DNA of 64,000 bases. Source: Candidatus Borrarchaeum weybense. Lineage in GTDB: Archaea; Asgardarchaeota; Sifarchaeia; Borrarchaeales; Borrarchaeaceae. This document shows, in pieces, positions 31,027-39,536 of the stretch. Location of the stretch: NCBI GenBank assembly GCA_019057385.1, contig JAHQJS010000006.1:128001-192000 (forward strand), read 5' to 3'. The notes under the pieces are model-generated. The model had not been told where the DNA came from, ran no database searches, and saw only the letters and a list, made by a program, of their open reading frames with translations. The number at the start of each line of letters is the position of its first letter. Position 1 is the stretch's first letter. The position numbers and the translations under genes are program-made.

Positions 31027-33747
31027 ATGGCGTTGTCATCTCATTCTAAATATGCAAAATATTTGTCTATAATCAATACCCTACGAGAACAGTTTCAGGC
31101 AATTGGAACTAAAGTTGAAGATGTAAGCGAATCTATAACTACAGTTACCAATATATCAAAAAAACTTGAGCAGCTTCACAAGGAACTTAAAGAAGCGACA
31201 GGTTGGAGACAAAAAGGAAAGCGAAAACAACTTGAGGAAGATATTGATAAACGAACAGATCTTCTTAAGGATAAGTTCTCAGACTGTGCCCTTACTTTCT
31301 ATAACATGTTTGTGAAGGAAATCAATAAACTTAAACCTTTAAGCAGTGATTTATCGGCTATAGATTCGAAAAGCGTACAATCACTTCAGATGTTGAAAAC
31401 CCCACCAAGACTTGATGACACTTTTACGTTTCTTGATAATATGGGGAATGCTACAAGTAGACTACTAACCATAACCACTTCTTTTCGAAACAAGTTATTA
31501 AAAGAAGACTCAAGCATTTTAGACGAGAACAGACTCACGTTAAAAACGTATGATAAGTATTTGTCAATCGATCAGGCAAAAACTCCCTTATCTGCGTCAA
31601 AGGAAAGAGTCACTGAGACTGCAATAGATGAACTCTTGACGCTTCGTTCTAGACTCATGGAGGAAAAACTGTATCTAGAAAGTCGGCGGGACGAAGTAAT
31701 ATCTCTTCTCCAATCTAAATTACTAAATGAATTATCGTCTTTTGAGACTTATGTTAACACAGCAGAAAAAATTGGGGTTCAGGTACCTCCTACAGTGTCC
31801 CAGAACATCGAGACGATTCGTAAGAGTACAAACACTGATAATCTGACTAGTTTACTCAGTCTCGATAACCAGTTTGAAAGTATTAAGGATAAATTTGGCA
31901 ATTTAATAAAGGACTCTGTGGTGAACGTAGAACATGATATCATCAATTTATTGCTTAATGTAGGTATCACTAAGAAATCCGAGGTAATTCCCAATACACC
32001 TCCCATTAGCCAAGAAGTATCAGATATTGCGACTTTACTCTCCGACTATCAAGGGATTTTAGACTGGAAAAAACAAGTTGAAGGAAATCTAAAAACATAC
32101 TGTTTTTCATTCTTAGATGAGCTAAAACCTGTATTAGCAAAGGCCGACGAAAATGAAGACTTTCTCCGCGACTTTGTTGAAAAAAAGCGTGTACAGATAG
32201 AAGAGAGCTCCATTGAGGATTTAACGACCGTGTACCTTGAAATTACTGACAGATTCCAAAAGGAAAAAGAAAGAATCATCGATCATATTAAGCTTCTTGA
32301 AGGTGAACTTGAAGATCTTTCTTCAACAGCGGGCGAGAGTTTAGATCAAACAGAACTAGCTACGATGAGTGTGCTGGGAAGCCTCAGATACTCAACTGAT
32401 CGCGAAATTCCTGATTTATTGGCTGTGGAAAAGCAACTTGAAACACACGTTGCAAAATATTCAGAAAATTATCAAAGAGCAGCACAAGAAGAATTGACAA
32501 ATCTCATGGAAGATTTGCAAACGATTAAGCCTCCTTTTAATGCTTACTTTGAGCCAATCATTGAATTAGCCAAAAAAAACATACACGTAATTGGAGATAC
32601 AGTTTCCACTTTTGATATTAAAAATTTGATTCAGGATACCAAAAAAGAAATCGTTGTGAAAGGTGGAGACGCGATAGAGAATATAAAATATAAATTGACA
32701 TTAAAGGTACGTTTAGCGATAGTAAAAATACTCGAAGGACAGTATCATCTACCAAAAGAAATCCAAGAAGCAGTTTCTGAATTGAATGAGATGAAAACAT
32801 CCGTATTAGATCCCTATGCAGTTGCTACACACACTCGCCGCATGATTGAGGTTTACGAGAAGAAAATTGAAGGAGAACTTAATAACTACTTAATAGAAGA
32901 GGCCAAAAAACTAGAAGAAATGCTTGCTTCTCTACTTGAAGTTGGTATTGAAAGTGTACAACCGCATCTAGAAACACTTCGAAAATTAAGAACAGTTCTC
33001 CCGGCCGAAATGAGTGAAATGACAGACCATTTTGATAGTATCGAAACAATAAAGACGGATCAAAATCTATTGAAAGATATTCGAGAGCAAGTTAATATTA
33101 AAATCTCAGAACTTGATCGTAGCAACTTCTTACTTCGAAAGCACGGTCAAGGAGAACTAATCAAGCGATTTGAGACATTAATTATAGGGGTACGCAGTAA
33201 AATCGACAAGGAACCTCTTGAATCGTTAATTGGGCTTAGTCAAGATTTAAATGCAGTTATGAATGAGATTAAGTCTATCATCATTGAGATTGACAAAGGA
33301 GAAAGTGACCAGTTTAATGCATCTCTAAATGAAATCAGCAAATATTACTCAACAATAAAAGAAGTCTATAATGCGCATAAAATGAATTTTGATACTGTGA
33401 TTTATCCCGTTTCTAGAATATTTGATTTGAAGGAAAAATTATTGAAAACACCATCGCTTAGTGATGCGAGCGACTTTTTTGAAGAGATCAGAAGGTTGGA
33501 AGAAGGTTGGTCAAAAAAAGTAACTGACATCCATGAATGGCACAAAACACTTCGTGTATTCCTTGCTAGTTTTGATCCAACTGCATCTGAAGGAGAGTTG
33601 TTTAGACAGGTGGAAGACATCAAAAGGTCGATTAAGGAGACGTATCCTGCTGATGATGTCTCATCTTATCTCTCATGGGCAGCAGAGGAGATAGTGGAAA
33701 CTATGTTAAAGAAGAAAAAGAAAGAAATAGAGAAGGAGGAAACTTAA
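31027..33747 (+). CDS. Large alpha-helical/coiled-coil protein of unknown function (TTG 31033 may be the true start)
   Basis: 906 aa, E/K/L-rich heptads, no catalytic motif; stop overlaps ATG of tubulin-like gene. Confidence 0.8.
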   Translation: MALSSHSKYAKYLSIINTLREQFQAIGTKVEDVSESITTVTNISKKLEQLHKELKEATGWRQKGKRKQLEEDIDKRTDLLKDKFSDCALTFYNMFVKEINKLKPLSSDLSAIDSKSVQSLQMLKTPPRLDDTFTFLDNMGNATSRLLTITTSFRNKLLKEDSSILDENRLTLKTYDKYLSIDQAKTPLSASKERVTETAIDELLTLRSRLMEEKLYLESRRDEVISLLQSKLLNELSSFETYVNTAEKIGVQVPPTVSQNIETIRKSTNTDNLTSLLSLDNQFESIKDKFGNLIKDSVVNVEHDIINLLLNVGITKKSEVIPNTPPISQEVSDIATLLSDYQGILDWKKQVEGNLKTYCFSFLDELKPVLAKADENEDFLRDFVEKKRVQIEESSIEDLTTVYLEITDRFQKEKERIIDHIKLLEGELEDLSSTAGESLDQTELATMSVLGSLRYSTDREIPDLLAVEKQLETHVAKYSENYQRAAQEELTNLMEDLQTIKPPFNAYFEPIIELAKKNIHVIGDTVSTFDIKNLIQDTKKEIVVKGGDAIENIKYKLTLKVRLAIVKILEGQYHLPKEIQEAVSELNEMKTSVLDPYAVATHTRRMIEVYEKKIEGELNNYLIEEAKKLEEMLASLLEVGIESVQPHLETLRKLRTVLPAEMSEMTDHFDSIETIKTDQNLLKDIREQVNIKISELDRSNFLLRKHGQGELIKRFETLIIGVRSKIDKEPLESLIGLSQDLNAVMNEIKSIIIEIDKGESDQFNASLNEISKYYSTIKEVYNAHKMNFDTVIYPVSRIFDLKEKLLKTPSLSDASDFFEEIRRLEEGWSKKVTDIHEWHKTLRVFLASFDPTASEGELFRQVEDIKRSIKETYPADDVSSYLSWAAEEIVETMLKKKKKEIEKEET

Positions 33748-35174
33748 TGACATGGGAATCTGAGGAAAAAGAAATTGCACCTCGCGCTGAGGTCTTCGCG
33801 ATAGGTATGGGCGAATGTGGATCAAATCTTGTTGGTGCTTACCTCAAGAAGAGCGCAGAAAGAGCGCTTCCTCCCCGTATACGCGGATACTTATTAATGA
33901 ATACCGATAGGGCAGATGTCCAAAAAGTAAGAACATTATATGACATTCCAAAATCTCATACGCTTCTCTATGGAGAAAGCGATACTGGTGTTGGTGGTAA
34001 ATTTTCGGACGGTTATAATTATATCCACCAATCAAAGGACATAATTTTGGATCAGCTTACCCAATTGGGTTATGAAGGTGTCTCAGGATTTGTGATATTT
34101 TCCTCATTGGGTGGAGGAACTGGTTGTGGAGGCACTCCTGCTTTAATAGAAGTTTTAAAACACCGATTTGAAGTCATGGAACAGAGAAGGATCTTTATTT
34201 ACGTTATAGGAGTCCTTCCTTTCAAAAATCAAAGCAGTGAGGCTGTTAACACTGTTTGGGCGATTACTAAATTGTTACGCAACCAATTACAAGATATAGG
34301 TCCTGATCTGATTGTTTTACTAAGTAATCGAGCTATGCTTAAGCGGATTTTGAGTTGGAGGTCTGGTGTTATCGAAGATTTTCTTTCGAAAGAACTAGAC
34401 ATTGATGTAGGTGATATGGGCGATATAGAAAGACTGGTTCCTTCTACCCTAGAAGAAGAAAGCGCCATGATGAAGCAACAAGAGCAGACATTCATTGATT
34501 TAGTCAATCCCTTAGCGCTTGAGGTCACAGATTATATGCTCAGTCCGGGTGTAGTTGAATCAGGAAAACGAGTTTTCCCTACTACCGATTTGGCAGATTA
34601 TTCGCATAAACTAGATCCCATTATTGTCCCCTGCTTGTACACTGACGTTGGATTCATTCCATCCGCAGGAAATATCCAAAAACAGTTCGAGAGGATCGTC
34701 AGTCATACGGTCAATGAGTGCTCTTACACCGAAATTGGAAAAGATCCACGCGCTGAGTCGGTGTACTATGTGTTTTCAGCCCCGTCCGAATTAGCTCGTC
34801 CAGAATTTGACATGCACCTTAAGGCAGGCTTGCAAAAATACGTTCTACCAGGGGCAGCCATAACTCCTTGCTTTGTTCAATTTACGGACCAAGAAAAGGG
34901 TTCAGGTGATGTTACACCTGAAAAGAAACAAGCAAGCCTATTAGTATTACTTGGTCTTCCAAAAATCCCAGAGCTAAAGGACATACTGTTCGAAGCGAAC
35001 CAACTAATCAAACTTCACACAGGCCCATCCCCCATTAAAAGAGAATGGTTCCGTCGTTCAAAAGGCACTACAAAAGAAGCTCTCGAAAAGGCCTTAGCAG
35101 ATCTGAAAGAATTATTTGGGTATTATATAATGTCCGAACCTACAGAGGAAACGTCTTCAGGTGAATCGACTTGA
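33747..35174 (+). CDS. Divergent tubulin/FtsZ/CetZ-superfamily GTPase (475 aa)
   Basis: GMGECGSN, MNTD, GVGG, SLGGGTGCG, VLPF, TDLADY; GGAGG SD and TAATG coupling fix the start at 33747. Confidence 0.88.
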   Translation: MTWESEEKEIAPRAEVFAIGMGECGSNLVGAYLKKSAERALPPRIRGYLLMNTDRADVQKVRTLYDIPKSHTLLYGESDTGVGGKFSDGYNYIHQSKDIILDQLTQLGYEGVSGFVIFSSLGGGTGCGGTPALIEVLKHRFEVMEQRRIFIYVIGVLPFKNQSSEAVNTVWAITKLLRNQLQDIGPDLIVLLSNRAMLKRILSWRSGVIEDFLSKELDIDVGDMGDIERLVPSTLEEESAMMKQQEQTFIDLVNPLALEVTDYMLSPGVVESGKRVFPTTDLADYSHKLDPIIVPCLYTDVGFIPSAGNIQKQFERIVSHTVNECSYTEIGKDPRAESVYYVFSAPSELARPEFDMHLKAGLQKYVLPGAAITPCFVQFTDQEKGSGDVTPEKKQASLLVLLGLPKIPELKDILFEANQLIKLHTGPSPIKREWFRRSKGTTKEALEKALADLKELFGYYIMSEPTEETSSGEST

Positions 35175-36247
35175 GCGCAGATGAGTTAATTGAGAAATTG
35201 TGGACAGTTTCCACAATAAATACCGTTCTAATTAATTTGCTGCTGAATAAAGAAGTAAATGAGACGCTCGATGAAAGATATTGGCAAATAGTCAAAAAAA
35301 TGTTAGATGGCAGTAAAAAACAAATGGGTAAGGCATTATCGGGTCCCGTAGATTCCTTCATTGAAAGTGCGATTACATTAACTAATAAAACATTGTCACA
35401 GATCGATACCCTTCTGGAAAAACTACAGCATGCAAAAGTTGAAGTTGAGAAAGAAGAACAATTCTTGTTTGATGATGAAGGACTCTTCCAACTCGAAGAA
35501 GAAGTTAAAAAGCGTCAGAAGATAGAGGCCGTTGCCAGCTCTACTCCAGAGTTAACACCTCAAGAAACTCCCACGCAATTAATTGAAGAAGTTGAAGTGG
35601 AAGAAGTAAAAGAAGAAGAAAAACCCATGTTTGCCAGACAAAATGATGCTATCGACGAATGGGATTATCTTGAGCATTTAAACAGACTTTTTGAAACCTA
35701 TAGACAGAATTCGCATATGCTTCTGCCAGCTTTCTGGCATGCTGCTACACAGGAACTTCTTTCTTATGAGGCTCGCGACGAAGATCACAAATTCGCCATT
35801 CAGACTCCTGCTGAAACTATTTATCGTCTCATTCGCACATTTCTTAGTGAAGCACCGTTTGCTCGTCTTATGCAAGATATGAAGCAAAAACATGGCGAAT
35901 CAGAACTCACTTCAAGTTATTTGGATGCCATCAAAGCGAAGGTCGATGAATACTATATACGCGTCGAAGAAGATTTAACAAACGAAATCGAATCTTCAAA
36001 GATCATAATAAAAGCCGAACATGAACTTGAGACGTTCAATATGGGTGCAGCAAGCCTTGAAAAGCGAGTGTTGAAGTACATCCGTGATGTTTGCAACAAT
36101 TTATTAACTCAAGCAAAAACTCTGTCCCATCGAAATGAGTTAGAGAGCATCGTATATGCTGAAGCAACAATTTTGCTCTCAAGATTAAATGGAGCCATGA
36201 TTGAGTCTCCACCGTTAGAATTTCTTTTAAAAGCAATGAAGCCGTGA
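35171..36247 (+). CDS. Acidic alpha-helical hypothetical protein
   Basis: TTGA overlap with tubulin-like gene stop; GGTGA SD. Confidence 0.8.
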   Translation: MSADELIEKLWTVSTINTVLINLLLNKEVNETLDERYWQIVKKMLDGSKKQMGKALSGPVDSFIESAITLTNKTLSQIDTLLEKLQHAKVEVEKEEQFLFDDEGLFQLEEEVKKRQKIEAVASSTPELTPQETPTQLIEEVEVEEVKEEEKPMFARQNDAIDEWDYLEHLNRLFETYRQNSHMLLPAFWHAATQELLSYEARDEDHKFAIQTPAETIYRLIRTFLSEAPFARLMQDMKQKHGESELTSSYLDAIKAKVDEYYIRVEEDLTNEIESSKIIIKAEHELETFNMGAASLEKRVLKYIRDVCNNLLTQAKTLSHRNELESIVYAEATILLSRLNGAMIESPPLEFLLKAMKP

Positions 36248-36460
36248 TCTTCAAAATTCTAAAGCCAGCAGTTACTAAATGATAGTATATATTTCCTTTT
36301 TTATTTTACAAATCAAAATTTTATACTTATTTTTAATAGAATAATTCACAACAAGGAAGAATTAATACTTCATGATTCGATATCCCCAGATTAACATTTT
36401 ATTTCTATATTGTTACAGCAATGGACTTTCTAGCCCTATGTGCCTCAGGAGATGATCCCT

Positions 36461-37861
36461 ATACCACAATCGATTATAGAACAACTAGACAAATTTTTCA
36501 AACCTAGAGCAGTTGCCGTTGTGGGCGTATCGTACCATCCCGAAAAAATCGGTCATATTATTTTTAAAAGCCTGCTTGAATCTCAATACTGTGGCAAGAT
36601 CTATCCCGTAAACCCCAAAGGCGGCGACATTATTGGCCATATGGCTTATCCTTCAATACTTGATTGCCCCGATGATACTGAGTTAGCGGTAATCACAATT
36701 GCGGCAAAATACACTCCTCAGGTTATTGAACAATGCGGAAAAAAGGGTGTACGAAATATAGTAATTGTGAGCGGGGGTTTTAAGGAAGTTGGAAATGAGG
36801 AACTCGAATCCCAAATCGTTGAGATTGCGCGACAAAACGGCATACGTATAATTGGTCCGAACTGTATTGGCATTTATGATGCAATAACTAAAGTGGAAAC
36901 ATTTTTCCAGTCACACGATCGCATGGTTCGTCCTTCCTACAATGCGAAAACCAAGATCTCGTTTCTAACGCAAAGTGGTACATATGGGGCTAGCTTCTTA
37001 GAATTACTTGATGAAGATGGCCTCGGAGTAAGCAAATTTGTTTCTTACGGAAATAAAGCAGATGTTAATGAGACAGATATGCTTCAATATCTTGCAGAGG
37101 ATCAAGACACAAAAGTTATAGCAATTTATCTTGAAGCCATAGGACGTGGCGAGGGAAGAACTTTTTTTGAAGTAGCAAAAGAAGTCACTCGCAAAAAACC
37201 AGTTGTCATTTACAAAACTGGAACAACAACTGAAGGAACAACGGCTGCAAAAAGCCACACTGGTCATTTAAGCAGCCAAGCAGCCGTATACAATGGAGTT
37301 TTTAAGCAAACAGGAATTCTTTCAATCAGAAATTTTGATGAACTTCTTGCAGTTAGTAAAGCTTTAGCATTTCAGCCACTTCCAAAAGGAAATAGATGTG
37401 CATTTGTTTCCAATGGCATAGGTCCAGTAATTGCTATGATTGATGAGGCGGTGAAGAATAAGCTTGAAATTGCGAAATTACAAGAACTTACGCGAGAACA
37501 CTTAAGAGAGAAATTTCCGCCATTCTTCGTAATAGAAAACCCTGTTGATGTTACGGGGTCTGCAACTTCCAAAGATTATGAAATTGCAATAGAAGCATTT
37601 CTTAATGATCCCAATGTTGATATTGTGATGCCTTGGTTTGTATTTCAAGATACTCCTTTAGATGAAAATATAGTCAATGTTCTCGATGAAATGAATAGTA
37701 GGACTCAGAAACCCATATTGATTGGTGCACATGGCGGTCCTTATACAAAGAGAATGTCCAAAATAATACAAGGAAAGGGTATCCCAGTTTTCGATCAAGC
37801 AGGAAAAGTCATTGCCGCAGCATCTGCTCTTTATCGCTATTCTCAATATCTTTCCCGATAA
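36461..37861 (+). CDS. acdA: Acyl-CoA synthetase (ADP-forming) alpha subunit; probable ATA start
   Basis: FFKPRAVAVVG, GPNCIG, TQSGT, GNKADV, SHTG phospho-His; ORF track start 36440. Confidence 0.9.
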   Translation: MPQSIIEQLDKFFKPRAVAVVGVSYHPEKIGHIIFKSLLESQYCGKIYPVNPKGGDIIGHMAYPSILDCPDDTELAVITIAAKYTPQVIEQCGKKGVRNIVIVSGGFKEVGNEELESQIVEIARQNGIRIIGPNCIGIYDAITKVETFFQSHDRMVRPSYNAKTKISFLTQSGTYGASFLELLDEDGLGVSKFVSYGNKADVNETDMLQYLAEDQDTKVIAIYLEAIGRGEGRTFFEVAKEVTRKKPVVIYKTGTTTEGTTAAKSHTGHLSSQAAVYNGVFKQTGILSIRNFDELLAVSKALAFQPLPKGNRCAFVSNGIGPVIAMIDEAVKNKLEIAKLQELTREHLREKFPPFFVIENPVDVTGSATSKDYEIAIEAFLNDPNVDIVMPWFVFQDTPLDENIVNVLDEMNSRTQKPILIGAHGGPYTKRMSKIIQGKGIPVFDQAGKVIAAASALYRYSQYLSR

Positions 37862-37924
37862 TCTCATAAAATTAAAGATCAGGATTCTTGGATGAATTCG
37901 CTATGTAGAATAGTTTTTCAGTTT

Positions 37925-38194
37925 CTATTCGTTGGCATCTAAACTTTCTAATTTGCTTATTACGTGTGCTAGTCTCTCACTAATGCTTACAATATCTTTC
38001 AGAATTTTTATTCTGAGTTTTTCTGTAGCATCTTCTTTCAAAGTTACTCCACTTATAATAATTTGAAGACTGCTCGTTAAGGAAACAAGCAGTTGTTCAA
38101 CTTGTTTTTGAATATCTTTAAGATCAATTATCTCTTTCCTGATTACTGGCATTATTATCGCTTTATTCTCTTTCAATAAATCTATGTAGTTCAC
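37925..38194 (-). CDS. Hypothetical helical protein
   Basis: Start overlaps stop of upstream gene. Confidence 0.6.
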   Translation of the reverse strand: MNYIDLLKENKAIIMPVIRKEIIDLKDIQKQVEQLLVSLTSSLQIIISGVTLKEDATEKLRIKILKDIVSISERLAHVISKLESLDANE

Positions 38195-38760
38195 TGTTGC
38201 GATTCGTCAGGTTTGAAAAAAAGTTCACCGATTTCTTTTAAAGCCTTCTTAACAGATTCCTTCTTTCCGCGGACTCTAATAATATTGTCTTCTTCGAATT
38301 CCACAATAACTCCACAATTCTCTGCTATATCCGATACACGTTCAACTGGCAACTCTTTATCATATGTAATTCGTGCAAAGCCTACTTCTTTCTCTCGGGG
38401 GAGATCCTTCACGAATCTTACCACTTCTTTATTGGACGACTCAGTACTAGATTGGTCTTTGGCTACATTAGCAAGCTTTTCTTTCCATAAATCGACAAAA
38501 TCCTTACCACGTTCGCTTGCGAATGCAAGAAGCATTTCTCTAACTCTTAATAGTGCAATTTCTAACTCATCAAGAAATTCTACATTTTTCTCGATTGCTT
38601 CTTTTCCATAGAGCTTCAAGTGGGTTAATAAGTATTTACTGTGTCGTAGATCTTTGTTGATTGAGATAGGTAACTCGATGTTTTCACGATTTAGTTTACC
38701 AAAAAGATCATGAAGAAGAGACCATGTCTTTTCTTTTAATTTTATTTCGTCAGCGTCCAT
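38191..38760 (-). CDS. DUF2096-like archaeal protein
   Basis: W..L.DL...L N-terminus; DIAENCGVIVEF..G.KE.VK.ALKE C-terminus. Confidence 0.7.
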   Translation of the reverse strand: MDADEIKLKEKTWSLLHDLFGKLNRENIELPISINKDLRHSKYLLTHLKLYGKEAIEKNVEFLDELEIALLRVREMLLAFASERGKDFVDLWKEKLANVAKDQSSTESSNKEVVRFVKDLPREKEVGFARITYDKELPVERVSDIAENCGVIVEFEEDNIIRVRGKKESVKKALKEIGELFFKPDESQQ

Positions 38761-38978
38761 ATCTTTCCCTCGGTGTGATATACACTACAAATTATAATGT
38801 GCTAGATTTATAACTTTATAAAATTCCCAATTATTTCGAAAATGACTTGCATGAAAGTATAATTTCACGTAATTGACAAAAAACTCTAAAATAAACTAAC
38901 TATTATACTGATTGGCAACTCTTATACCTAAAGTAAAATAATTTTATGGAGTCCAACTTACAATCGGGAGGCGTCTCT

Positions 38979-39473
38979 TTGCCTAAAAGGAAAATAGCAA
39001 TAATGGGCGTAGGAAACACTTTACACAAAGATGAAGGGGTAGGAATTCACATAATACGTGCCCTAGAAAAAGTAAAAAAACGTTACGATCCATTAAAAGA
39101 TGTAGAACTAATTGATGGAGGTACAGGAGGTCTCCTTCTCTTAAAACTAATAGAGGATTTCGATACAGTTTTTATTGTTGATGCCGCTTTAGCAGGAGGC
39201 AAACCGGGAGATATCTATATTTTAAGTCCAGAACAAATTTCCAAATCACCAGATTCTCAACATATGTTTTCAGCTCATGATATCGACCTAACATATACCC
39301 TTCAAGTGGGTAGAGAACTGGGCATGCAAACTGAGGTTATTATAATAGGTGTTGAACCGAAAGACTACACTTCCCATGGTTTAAATCTTTCAGATGAATT
39401 AAGTAATAAAATCACTGAAATAATAAAAACAATAGTTAATGAAGTCAAAAAACTTAAAATGAAGTTTAAGTAA
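38979..39473 (+). CDS. Hydrogenase maturation protease (HyaD/HycI family)
   Basis: GVGNTLHKDEGVG, DGGTGG, IVDA, SAHD; GGAGG SD before TTG 38979. Confidence 0.92.
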   Translation: MPKRKIAIMGVGNTLHKDEGVGIHIIRALEKVKKRYDPLKDVELIDGGTGGLLLLKLIEDFDTVFIVDAALAGGKPGDIYILSPEQISKSPDSQHMFSAHDIDLTYTLQVGRELGMQTEVIIIGVEPKDYTSHGLNLSDELSNKITEIIKTIVNEVKKLKMKFK

Positions 39474-39536
39474 CTTGCCAATGTAATCCTCTAAAGTAAT
39501 ATATTCAAATTTTAATTGCGTCCGTTAACGGTTTGA

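Noticed and set aside
33675-33746. 24-aa N-terminal extension of the tubulin-like ORF in the ORF track
   Set aside because: Overlaps the upstream gene; SD and TAATG coupling indicate start at 33747
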